From contig JBAZWW010000001.1 in NCBI GenBank assembly GCA_041660165.1, positions 105,035 through 169,034 of the forward strand: 64,000 nt of DNA, given 5' to 3'. The position numbers and the translations under genes were made by a program. The notes below the pieces were generated by a model, which was not told the origin of the DNA, ran no database searches, and saw only the letters and a program-made list of their open reading frames with translations. This DNA comes from Patescibacteria group bacterium (lineage in GTDB: Bacteria > Patescibacteriota > Patescibacteriia > UBA9934). How positions within the stretch are numbered: position 1 is the stretch's first letter; each line of letters starts with the position of its first letter. Below are positions 10,009 to 18,023 of this stretch, piece after piece.

Positions 10009-10431
10009 TCACCAGAAGTGATTCCGTAAGGCATGGCAGGTAGCTGCCAAAAGCTGGCTAAGCTTTTTTCTGGCCCGTATATTTCTAAGCTCTGAGGGTT
10101 GCGCCGGTGAAGCAGGATATTCGGTGAGAACTTCCGGCACCGGGCGCGGAATGAAACGCACGACGCAGTCACGGATCAGCCCTTCCAGGCTGACTCCCAT
10201 GCGCTCCTGTCCGCGCTCCGACCAGGTGATGCGCACGCGGACGGGGGCGCCGTTTGAGCGTTCGTGCTTTGGCCTGTACTTGATGACGATGTCGTCCGGC
10301 TTGCAGGGGAACCCGGCGGTAGTACAGACCGCGCTCAGCTCTTTCTGCAGACGGGCTTGTTGATGGCCGGTCAGCACATCCATACTCCATTGCACGTCTC
10401 CCAAGCAGTTGAGGATTTCAACAGTGGGCAT
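10009..10431 (-). CDS. Orphan protein, possible tautomerase-like fold
   Basis: GGGAGG SD, TTGACG-N16-TATTTT promoter, Met-Pro start, two beta-alpha-beta-like segments. Confidence 0.65.
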   Translation of the reverse strand: MPTVEILNCLGDVQWSMDVLTGHQQARLQKELSAVCTTAGFPCKPDDIVIKYRPKHERSNGAPVRVRITWSERGQERMGVSLEGLIRDCVVRFIPRPVPEVLTEYPASPAQPSELRNIRARKKLSQLLAATCHALRNHFW

Positions 10432-10500
10432 TGGACCCTCCCTGGCGTGTTGAGAAGCGATTACACGCGAACAAAATACGCCTCCCACGTAAAGCGTCAA

Positions 10501-10558
10501 GTACAAAACACCCCGCCTGCGCGCGATCCTCGGTCGAGGTGTTTCGCGGTAGCGGGGT
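10501..10558. repeat. Orphan-unit 3' repeat, copy 2
   Basis: GTACAAAACACCCCGC...GGTGTTTCGCGGTAGCGGGG. Confidence 0.8.
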
Positions 10559-10583
10559 GCAGGTGATGGTTGTGGGATGGCGG

Positions 10584-10958
10584 CTACATCCCGAGACAGG
10601 CCTTTTCGATGACTCCATTTTTGACGATGAAGTCGGTTCCCGAGTTCGGATCGATGTAGACGATTCCAGCGTCCCTCGGCCAATCTGCATGAAGAGTGGC
10701 GTAGGTTACGGCGACGAGCACAAGATCGGTTCGAAGAGTAGCTAGCGGTTCGTCCGTCTTGATTGCTTCTACGACGCCGTATGCATGATCCGTTCCTTTG
10801 CGGGTGATACGCACGACTCGATGCAGATCGTATTCAACTATGACACCGCCCGCTGACCAGACGATGCTTTTGAGGAGTGGAACAGGCAGGTGGCGATGGC
10901 TACGACCACATGCATCAAGGTAGTAGTGGATACATTCTTGAACGAGTGTAAATTCCAT
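10584..10958 (-). CDS. Orphan hypothetical protein
   Basis: GGAG SD, near-consensus promoter upstream, repeat downstream. Confidence 0.65.
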   Translation of the reverse strand: MEFTLVQECIHYYLDACGRSHRHLPVPLLKSIVWSAGGVIVEYDLHRVVRITRKGTDHAYGVVEAIKTDEPLATLRTDLVLVAVTYATLHADWPRDAGIVYIDPNSGTDFIVKNGVIEKACLGM

Positions 10959-10981
10959 GGGGTCTCCATATCGAACCATTC

Positions 10982-11010
10982 AGTATAGCAAAAAAATACG
11001 AATTTGTCAA
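10982..11010 (-). promoter_or_regulatory. sigma70 promoter
   Basis: TTGACA-N17-TATACT with extended TG. Confidence 0.8.
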
Positions 11011-11110
11011 TAATTCCGCTAACATTAGATAGAAAAACTACCAAGAGCTCCTCAGCGAACGCTAGTCAAAGACCATTGAAAAACAAGTGCCGGTCTTTCA
11101 ATACGCATAA

Positions 11111-11180
11111 TGTACATTTTGTTCAAATTGAAACACCCCGCTCGTCAGCTGGCCCGGAGGGGTGTTTCGCTGTGGCGGGG
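11111..11180. repeat. Orphan-unit 3' repeat, copy 3
   Basis: TGTACATTTTGTTCAAATTGAAACACCCCGC...GGGGTGTTTCGCTGTGGCGGGG. Confidence 0.85.
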
Positions 11181-11207
11181 CGTACGTGGCAGATGCCAGT
11201 AGTCGAG

Positions 11208-11549
11208 CTACGCGCTCGTGGGCGCAGGGGCCTTGATGGCCAGGAGCTCTTCGACCGTTTTTTCGATGATCTGGTCGAGCAGTCCGCCGGGCGCGGTGAT
11301 CTGCTCCAGGGTGACCGGCTTCATTCGCTTGAGGTCGTCGTAGACGTCCTCCATGAGGTCGAGAGTTGCGCCGACCTTGAGCGGGATGTCGTTCACGGCG
11401 AGCACATTGATCGTTTCGATCTCGCGGACGATGCCCTGCATGGGCGTCTCGCCGTTCGCCGACACCTCGGCGCAGAAGCGCGTGATGCAGGAGCGGATGA
11501 AGGCCGTGATCATGGCAACTTCTTCGGGGATGAGACCTGACGGTGGCAT
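11208..11549 (-). CDS. Orphan helical protein, paralog of 11623-11955
   Basis: GGAG SD, TTGACT-N17-TACTTT promoter; aligns by eye with its neighbour. Confidence 0.7.
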   Translation of the reverse strand: MPPSGLIPEEVAMITAFIRSCITRFCAEVSANGETPMQGIVREIETINVLAVNDIPLKVGATLDLMEDVYDDLKRMKPVTLEQITAPGGLLDQIIEKTVEELLAIKAPAPTSA

Positions 11550-11622
11550 GAAAACTCCAATAGGCGGATTGCCTGCCTATAAAGTAAGCATTTTTTTGCA
11601 CCCAGTCAACGGTAGACCCTGG

Positions 11623-11955
11623 CTAGACGTTGGCCGGCTCAGGAATCTTGATAGCCGTGATTTCCGACCGGAGCTGGTCGAGCACGGTGTTGATTGCGTC
11701 CCTGAACTCTTCGATCGTTTTCGGGGCCAGGACCGCCAGCTCCACGTAGCACTGCCGGTGGAACCCAAGGTAGCGTTCTTGGAGGGTGGTGGGCTTGTCG
11801 TCGAGTATCTGGTCAATCATCCGGATGACGGTCCAGATCTTGTCGACGGGTTGGCTCTTTTCCTTATCGATCGTTTGTCCCAGCCGAATCGCCGACGAAG
11901 CGAACGTGTCGAAGTGCCCGTCCAATTCCTTCAAAGTGACGTCAATCGGTTGCAT
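11623..11955 (-). CDS. Orphan helical protein, paralog of 11208-11549
   Basis: GGAGG SD, TTGACG-N17-TACCCT promoter. Confidence 0.7.
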   Translation of the reverse strand: MQPIDVTLKELDGHFDTFASSAIRLGQTIDKEKSQPVDKIWTVIRMIDQILDDKPTTLQERYLGFHRQCYVELAVLAPKTIEEFRDAINTVLDQLRSEITAIKIPEPANV

Positions 11956-12037
11956 GAGACCTCCGTGAGCATGGCTCCTGGAAAGGGTAGGCGTTTGCTT
12001 CTACCGCGTCAACGGTGTTTGGTTATTGATTAAATAT

Positions 12038-12060
12038 ATTACATAAGATGCTTATGTATT
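12038..12060. repeat. AT-rich palindrome, variant copy (TACATAAG-ATG-CTTATGTA)
   Basis: Same geometry as 6448 and 26690 with a compensatory base change in both arms. Confidence 0.6.
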
Positions 12061-12077
12061 TTTTGAATGGGTAATTT

Positions 12078-12106
12078 GTACAAATTGTACAAATTGAAAC
12101 ACCCCG
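12078..12106. repeat. Orphan-unit 3' repeat, half copy left of higBA
   Basis: GTACAAATTGTACAAATTGAAACACCCCG, 27/29 identical to 12753-12781. Confidence 0.85.
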
Positions 12107-12130
12107 TCGATAGCAGCCATCATTCGGCCA

Positions 12131-12160
12131 TTGACACATAGTAACGCGTGGCGTTATCAT
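12131..12160 (+). promoter_or_regulatory. higBA promoter with overlapping palindromic operator
   Basis: TTGACA-N18-TATCAT with a TAACGC-GTG-GCGTTA inverted repeat over the spacer and -10. Confidence 0.7.
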
Positions 12161-12168
12161 TGGAACGT

Positions 12169-12453
12169 ATGATTCAATCGTTCGCCGATGCAGATACGAA
12201 GCATATTTTCCAACGGGATCTCATTAAGAGGTTTCCAACGTGGCTGCAGAAGATTGCGTTAAGAAAACTTCTGCATATTCACGCCGCTCACCGGCTTGAT
12301 GATCTGAAAGTCCCGCCGGGTAATCGTCTTGAGAAACTCAAAGGCAAGGACGGAGACAAGCACAGCATCCGAGTAAACGATCAATGGCGGTTGCGCTTCA
12401 AATGGAAAGATAGCGACGCCTATGAAGTTTGTTTAATCGATTACCACGACTAA
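12169..12453 (+). CDS. higB: HigB (RelE/ParE superfamily) toxin
   Basis: MIQSF..., DLKVPPGNRLEKLKG, HSIRVNDQWRLRFKW. Confidence 0.95.
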   Translation: MIQSFADADTKHIFQRDLIKRFPTWLQKIALRKLLHIHAAHRLDDLKVPPGNRLEKLKGKDGDKHSIRVNDQWRLRFKWKDSDAYEVCLIDYHD

Positions 12454-12454
12454 T

Positions 12455-12751
12455 ATGAAAAAACAAAAACCCATTCATCCTGGCGAAATCCTCCTTGAAG
12501 ATTTTCTTCTGGCGATGGAGATCACTCAGTATCGTTTGGCAAAGGATATTAGCGTGCCTGCTCGCCGAATCAACGAAATCGTTCACGGCAACCGCGCCAT
12601 TAGCCCGGACACCGCGCTTCGACTGGCAAAGTATTTTGGCACCAGTCCCGAATTCTGGATGAATCTCCAGGCTCATTATGATCTTGAGCTACTCAATGAG
12701 AGTTGGTCGAAAACCATCGAGAAACAGGTGCGAGTATTTCAACCGGCGTAA
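12455..12751 (+). CDS. higA: HigA antitoxin (XRE HTH)
   Basis: PIHPGEILLEDFL, RRINEIVHGNRAISPDTALRL, FWMNLQ. Confidence 0.96.
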   Translation: MKKQKPIHPGEILLEDFLLAMEITQYRLAKDISVPARRINEIVHGNRAISPDTALRLAKYFGTSPEFWMNLQAHYDLELLNESWSKTIEKQVRVFQPA

Positions 12752-12752
12752 A

Positions 12753-12820
12753 GTACAATTTGTACAAAATGAAACACCCCGCCGTTAGCGACCCATGGGG
12801 GTGTTTCGCTGTGGCGGGGT
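12753..12820. repeat. Orphan-unit 3' repeat, copy 5
   Basis: GTACAATTTGTACAAAATGAAACACCCCGCC...GGGGTGTTTCGCTGTGGCGGGG. Confidence 0.85.
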
Positions 12821-12854
12821 GACGAAGGAGATACGTTTCGCGGACGTTGGAGCG

Positions 12855-13121
12855 TTATTCGTTATCAGTGAACTTTGGGCTTTCGACGCCGAGTTCAATG
12901 AGCGTCTGGTGTGCTTTTTTGTGCTCGTCATCGGTGTTGTACACCAGGCCGCCGCAGAGCCTGCAGTCGCTCCACATGACGCTCATATGGACGATGCCGT
13001 TATTCGAGCGTCTGCGAAGAGATATTGCGCCTTTGATCTTTTGCACCGCCGTTTCGATGCGCCTTTTTTCTAGAAATTTGTTGAACTTCTCTTCTGGAGT
13101 GACGGCTTTTTCTTCGCCCAT
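12855..13121 (-). CDS. Orphan small protein with C2H2-like Zn motif
   Basis: AGGAGG SD; CRLC-x10-H-x3-H; repeat copy downstream. Confidence 0.65.
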   Translation of the reverse strand: MGEEKAVTPEEKFNKFLEKRRIETAVQKIKGAISLRRRSNNGIVHMSVMWSDCRLCGGLVYNTDDEHKKAHQTLIELGVESPKFTDNE

Positions 13122-13182
13122 GATGCCTCCTATAGTGAGGCTAGCACATTTCGGAGTCTTAGGGTATGATCCTGCCACTTTT

Positions 13183-14631
13183 ATGGACCATGGAGATGTC
13201 ATTATCAGATTTGAGGCCGTGTCCTTTGGATACGACGCGGAAAACATGCTTTTAGACGAGGCAGATTTTTCGGTGAGAGAGAACTCGAAAATGACCGTCA
13301 TGGGGCAGAACGGGGCGGGGAAGAGCACGATTTTTAAATTATTGACGGGCGCTTTGAAGCCGGATAGGGGCGAGATTCATATCAAGCAGGGGGCGAGTAT
13401 TGCCATCGCTACGCAGGTCATGCCGAGAGAGAAGCTCGAGCATACTGTCCGCGAGTTTTTTGCGAGTGCCTTCTCGGAAAAACACCACAACCTCGACAAA
13501 CTGATTACGGATGTACTCGTCGTAGTAAATCTCAAGGCACCACTCGATAAGAAGATCAAAGAATTTTCGGGGGGCCAGCAAGCTCGTCTTCTTCTCGCTT
13601 ATGCACTCATTCAAGAGCCGGACATTCTGCTTCTAGACGAGCCGACGAACAATCTTGACGCTGACGGCATTGCCGAGCTCACGGCTTTCTTGATCATGTA
13701 CGAAAAAACGGTGCTCGTTATTTCCCACGACGCGGATTTCTTGAACTCGTTCACGGACGGCGTGCTTCACCTTGACGTGTATACCGGCAAGGTTGATCGC
13801 TACGAGGGCAACTATGTAGACGTTGTCAAAGAGATCACGGCGCGGGTTGAGCGCGAGCAGATGAAGAACGCCAGACTATTAAAAGAAATCCAAGATAGAA
13901 AGGATAAGGTGAACTTCTTTGCGCACAAAGGAGGCAAGATGCGAAAACTCGCCAGCAAGCTCAAGGACCAGGTCGAGGAAGCCGAGGAAAACATGGTCGA
14001 GGTCAAGCGCGATGACAGAACCATCCGCGATTTTCAGATTCCGGCGCAGGCTTGGAATGACAACGTGTTGTCCATTACCTCAGTTAAGGTCATAAAGAAT
14101 CACGAGGCCGAGGAGAAGCCGGTTAAGATATATCTACGCAAGGGCCAGCGCCTGCTGATCACCGGACCAAACGGTATTGGCAAGAGCACGTTTTTACGAT
14201 CTCTCTCCGCCGGGGAAGCTGGTTCGAACATTGCTAAGGGTGTTGCCGTCGGCTATTATCGCCAGGATTTTTCCGGCCTCGACTTCAATAAGAGCGCCTA
14301 TGACTCGCTGGCTGAAATGATGCACCAGCCGGATAATGAAACGATCAGAAAAACGGGCGCCCATTTCCTCCTGAACGGCGACGCGCTCGCCACCAAAGTT
14401 GGCAGTCTATCTGAGGGACAGAAGGGTTTGCTCTGCTTCGCCCGGTTCGTACTCCAGAAGCCGGGCCTCCTAATTCTCGACGAGCCGACTAATCACATTA
14501 ACTTCCGCCACCTGCCAATTATTGCTAAGGCTATTGAGAATTATGAGGGGGCCATTGTGATGGTGAGCCACGCGCCGGACTTTGTGAGCCAGATTAAGTT
14601 TGGCCAAACGCTTGACCTTTCTGCTTTGTAG
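13183..14631 (+). CDS. ABC-F family ATPase
   Basis: Two ABC domains (GQNGAGKS, GPNGIGKS; LDEPTN twice), no TM segments. Confidence 0.93.
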   Translation: MDHGDVIIRFEAVSFGYDAENMLLDEADFSVRENSKMTVMGQNGAGKSTIFKLLTGALKPDRGEIHIKQGASIAIATQVMPREKLEHTVREFFASAFSEKHHNLDKLITDVLVVVNLKAPLDKKIKEFSGGQQARLLLAYALIQEPDILLLDEPTNNLDADGIAELTAFLIMYEKTVLVISHDADFLNSFTDGVLHLDVYTGKVDRYEGNYVDVVKEITARVEREQMKNARLLKEIQDRKDKVNFFAHKGGKMRKLASKLKDQVEEAEENMVEVKRDDRTIRDFQIPAQAWNDNVLSITSVKVIKNHEAEEKPVKIYLRKGQRLLITGPNGIGKSTFLRSLSAGEAGSNIAKGVAVGYYRQDFSGLDFNKSAYDSLAEMMHQPDNETIRKTGAHFLLNGDALATKVGSLSEGQKGLLCFARFVLQKPGLLILDEPTNHINFRHLPIIAKAIENYEGAIVMVSHAPDFVSQIKFGQTLDLSAL

Positions 14632-14671
14632 GCTGTTTACGTTTCGGGCGCAGTGCTTGCCCTTGGCGGGC

Positions 14672-15577
14672 TTAGGCGGTTTTTCTTTTGCCGAATCGAA
14701 TCTTCCAATGACTCCCCGGGTACCAGACTCGCCTAATGCCAAAGCGCGTTTTGAAGAGCGAGTAGCCTATGTCGGATTGAAAGGGGAGCGGGTTCGGTCC
14801 GCACATGTCGCCAAAGTTGCAGAGGGCGAGTTGTTTTTCGCGAGAACGCTCGAACCAGAGATTAACAAGACCAGTCATGGCCTGGGATTGCTTTGCTTGG
14901 GGGAGATAGAAGCCAAGGATGTAGAAGCTCTGAGATGCCTCACGGCACTCGCCAGCTACAAAGCCGGCCACTATGCCGTGCTCACGCGATTCGGCGATCA
15001 TGACGTCAATGGTTTCGGGATGCTCTTTGAGATGGCGCTCGGCTAAAGTCCAGAAGGTGGAGCGCATACTCCGGGGGACGCTTGAATGAAAATAGGCAGA
15101 TTTGATTTCGTCGAGAAGGCCGAGGCGCAGGGTAACGTTTGATTGTTTCTGAAATGTTCTGAGATGTCGTTTCGCCTGCGTGCGCCAGTTGGCGGTGACA
15201 GGGCCCTCGGCGAGTATCTCGGCTATCCCATGGAGACGGGGAGGACCAAAGGCCTTGAAGCCGTGCGTGACGCTTCCACCGAGGAAGGCGGGAACCCATT
15301 CCTCGATTCGAATGAGAGAGAGCCCGCCCCCCTTCCCCCTCCCAGGATGGGCGGGGGAGTCACTGTGAAGCGGGTTGTTGTCCGTGGTGAAGGTGCGGTG
15401 CCAAGAGATGAGGGGATTCTTCATGACAACCGTGGTGAATCCGCGTTCATTCAAGGTAGCGTAGCCGGGGTCAATTTGGCCAAGTCCCGCCCAATGCGTG
15501 GCGTCATACGGAGGGAGTACGCCGGGGGTGAAGAGCGGGCAGACGTCATTCACGTATTTGAGGTCTTTGCGCTTCAT
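14672..15577 (-). CDS. GNAT/FemAB-like fold protein
   Basis: Long ORF; WR..AKRHLR and GYSLFKTRFG resemble FemABX-like acyltransferases. Confidence 0.6.
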   Translation of the reverse strand: MKRKDLKYVNDVCPLFTPGVLPPYDATHWAGLGQIDPGYATLNERGFTTVVMKNPLISWHRTFTTDNNPLHSDSPAHPGRGKGGGLSLIRIEEWVPAFLGGSVTHGFKAFGPPRLHGIAEILAEGPVTANWRTQAKRHLRTFQKQSNVTLRLGLLDEIKSAYFHSSVPRSMRSTFWTLAERHLKEHPETIDVMIAESREHGIVAGFVAGECREASQSFYILGFYLPQAKQSQAMTGLVNLWFERSREKQLALCNFGDMCGPNPLPFQSDIGYSLFKTRFGIRRVWYPGSHWKIRFGKRKTA

Positions 15578-15612
15578 AAGCTATGATGAGCAGTGTAAAT
15601 CGAATGACCGCT

Positions 15613-16437
15613 ATGATCAATAAAGAAACTGGTATCCAAGCATCCGTCAGCGTCCTCTTTGTCCTCCTTGTGGCCGGGCTTGGTTCGTACTTTACTTCGC
15701 TTGGCCTCCATGGCTGGTATGGCGCGCTTGAACGCCCGGCCATCATCCCCGCGGGTCAGACCTTCGGCCTTGTGTGGACGGTGCTGTTTGTCCTTCTGGC
15801 TGTGTCGATCTTTCTTTCCTGGCGGTCAGTGCCAAAAACGTTTTTGCGAACGCTCGGCCGATTGTACCTAGTGAACGGCGGGCTGAACGTGCTGTGGTGC
15901 TACGTCTTCTTTTCAATGCATGAACTTGGCGGGGCGGCTATCACGGCCGTGTTGCTGGCGTTCTCCGTTTTTGTGTTGATCGCAGCGAACGTGAAAGTGT
16001 CGAAAATCGCTGCGGTACTTTTGATCCCGTATTTTCTTTGGACAAGTTTTGCTGTCTATTTGAGCGCGGATATCGCGTACATGAACAAAACGCCTACGGT
16101 CCCGCCTGTGCTCATCGGCAACCCCGTTGATGAGACTGTCCAATTCGACTTCGATAGCCCCGGCCAGCAAGGGTTTACCCTGTACGTGGGCGTGACCAGG
16201 ACGATTGACTCACACGCGTCAATCAAACTTCTACGCGTAGATGACTCCCATTGTCCCGCAGACGTGAAGTGCATTTGGGCGGGGGAGCTCTCGCCCGTCT
16301 TCACGGTAACAGTTGACGGACAGAAGACCGAGTTAAAACTTGGCACCATGACCGCAGAGAAAGGCGGGGTTAGCGGGTATCACTTCACGCTTCTGGATGC
16401 TGGATTAGACTTTGCAAAAGTGAGTGTTGAGAGATAG
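15613..16437 (+). CDS. TspO/MBR protein fused to a DS.CP..V.CIWAG extracellular domain
   Basis: WY..LERP...P....FGLVWTVL, LNVLW...FF, LLIPYFLWTSFA; C-terminal DSHCPADVKCIWAG. Confidence 0.85.
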   Translation: MINKETGIQASVSVLFVLLVAGLGSYFTSLGLHGWYGALERPAIIPAGQTFGLVWTVLFVLLAVSIFLSWRSVPKTFLRTLGRLYLVNGGLNVLWCYVFFSMHELGGAAITAVLLAFSVFVLIAANVKVSKIAAVLLIPYFLWTSFAVYLSADIAYMNKTPTVPPVLIGNPVDETVQFDFDSPGQQGFTLYVGVTRTIDSHASIKLLRVDDSHCPADVKCIWAGELSPVFTVTVDGQKTELKLGTMTAEKGGVSGYHFTLLDAGLDFAKVSVER

Positions 16438-16454
16438 CGGTGTTGCTGTTCTGA

Positions 16455-16612
16455 TTCCTATCCCGTCCCGACCCTGAGTTCGACGAAGGGGAGGGATAGA
16501 ATTGGATGCCATTGGGAATCCTCGTCATCCTTGCTACCCCTCCTGTCGTCGGGGTGGGAACCACCGCAACGGCCAATCGGATCCTTCATCGCTGAAAGCT
16601 CCTCAGGATGAC
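16455..16612. repeat. Composite palindromic elements (TGGGAA type plus GATGAC half)
   Basis: CTACCCCTCCTGTCGTCGGGGTGGGAA identical to the arm near 38052; 16571-16612 is close to the reverse complement of 23086-23125. Confidence 0.8.
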
Positions 16613-16642
16613 TGAATCGTTCAGGACGACAAAGACAAAACA

Positions 16643-16668
16643 AAAGGACCCCCGAATGGGGGTCCTTA
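16643..16668. terminator. Probable bidirectional terminator
   Basis: AAGGACCCCC-GAAT-GGGGGTCCTT with A/T flanks. Confidence 0.7.
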
Positions 16669-16969
16669 TTTGAATGTACATTCTGAGCCCGGTCTTACTT
16701 CTGTGGCGGGGGATTAACCGGCTTAGGAGCTGGAGCTGGCGGAACTGGCTGACCTGGCTGTTGTCCATCGAATCGCATAATCTTTGCCGTTAAGAATAAC
16801 CAATGCCCATCCACCATAGAGCCAAGGGGAGGGGTGAACAATAAGTTATCCACATGGGGGCCTTTGAAGGCCCTGTTCATGGCCGAATAACCCACAGTGT
16901 TTTACGACGCAACTACCGAATTTTATTATTCCCTAGGAAATTTGGATATTTGTGGTAGAGTTAGTCAAT

Positions 16970-17983
16970 ATGGTCAACAGTCTTGCACGAATCGCCAGTG
17001 AAAACGTCTCTACTATTGTGGAACACGTTTTTGCGGTAACGAAAGCTGAAAAATCCTTAATCGTGTTTGACCGTCAGTGCGAGCTCGCAAAAATACTCGC
17101 CGGCGCCTATCAAACTGCCTTGCCAGGGGCTACGGTGGTTGAGTTTGCGGAAGACAAGGCGCCGGAAATACTCGCCATCATTGAAAGCTTGAAGGCCGGT
17201 GATTTCGTGGCGCTTATTCAATCATCGAGTTTTCGTTTGAACGAGTTTCGGCTCCGTGTCGAGCTCTTTAAGAAAGGACTGAAGGTGGTCGAGCATCCGC
17301 ACCTCGATCGGATGAAGAGTGAAGCGGACATCGCTACCTACATTGACTCGCTGGCGTATGATTCGGCGTATTACCGAACCGTTGGTCGGGCCTTGAAAAC
17401 GGCCATTGATCGTGCGCAGAAAATTGTCGTCGAGTCTGACGGTTCAGTGCTCGAATATCTCGGGCCGTTTGAGGATGCAAAATTGAACATTGGTGATTAC
17501 ACCGGCATGAATAACGCTGGCGGGCAGTTTCCCATTGGCGAGGTATTCACGGAGCCGAAAGATATCGCGAACGTAAACGGCACGGCCAAGATTTTTGCTT
17601 TCGGTGATAACCAGTTTCGTCTGAACATTCCCGCAGAGCCCATCGAGCTGTTCATCATTGGCGGTCGAATTGATCATGTTGAAAACTCCACGCCAGAGTT
17701 TGACGCCGTCCTTGAAGAAATCCGCGAAGGGGATGAAGCCGTGGTCCGTGAACTCGGCCTAGGGATGAACAAAGCGTACACAAGAGCCAGGACCGTCCCA
17801 GACGTTGGCTCCTATGAACGCATGTGCGGAGTCCACATGTCCCTCGGCGGTAAGCACGCCATTTACGCCAAAGAAGGTTTTTCGAGGAAGCACTCGCGAT
17901 TCCACGTTGATGTTTTTGTAAAAGTTGATCGGGTTTTAATCGACGGCAAAACAATTTTTGAAAATCAGCAATACGTCGTCTAA
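16970..17983 (+). CDS. Aminopeptidase T / M29-like metallopeptidase
   Basis: GQFPIGEVFTEP, RELGLGMN, GVHMSLG, FHVDV. Confidence 0.75.
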   Translation: MVNSLARIASENVSTIVEHVFAVTKAEKSLIVFDRQCELAKILAGAYQTALPGATVVEFAEDKAPEILAIIESLKAGDFVALIQSSSFRLNEFRLRVELFKKGLKVVEHPHLDRMKSEADIATYIDSLAYDSAYYRTVGRALKTAIDRAQKIVVESDGSVLEYLGPFEDAKLNIGDYTGMNNAGGQFPIGEVFTEPKDIANVNGTAKIFAFGDNQFRLNIPAEPIELFIIGGRIDHVENSTPEFDAVLEEIREGDEAVVRELGLGMNKAYTRARTVPDVGSYERMCGVHMSLGGKHAIYAKEGFSRKHSRFHVDVFVKVDRVLIDGKTIFENQQYVV

Positions 17984-18012
17984 ACAAAAAACTCCCGAAT
18001 GGGAGTCTGTTG
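17984..18012. terminator. Terminator between convergent genes
   Basis: AAAAAACTCCC-GAAT-GGGAGT hairpin. Confidence 0.65.
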
Positions 18013-18023
18013 ATTGAGGCAAT

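Noticed and set aside
11004-12033. Plus-strand ORFs 11004-11540 and 11353-12033 and the many antisense ORFs over housekeeping genes
   Set aside because: These are shadow frames of GC-rich coding sequence, with no motifs or expression signals.
9926-12820. CRISPR array or classical integron attC array
   Set aside because: The repeats are hundreds of bp apart and separated by genes. There are no cas or intI genes and no RYYYAAC/GTTRRRY ends.
9926-13121. Prophage
   Set aside because: No structural, terminase, replication or integrase genes are present.
12847-13182. N-terminal extension of the ABC-F ORF
   Set aside because: It overlaps a better-supported minus-strand gene, and ABC homology starts at 13183 after a TATGAT -10.
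16846-16854. DnaA box TTATCCACA (others at 43907-43915 and inside the gene near 60643) as oriC
   Set aside because: The boxes are isolated, with no cluster, no DNA-unwinding element and no dnaA/dnaN nearby.
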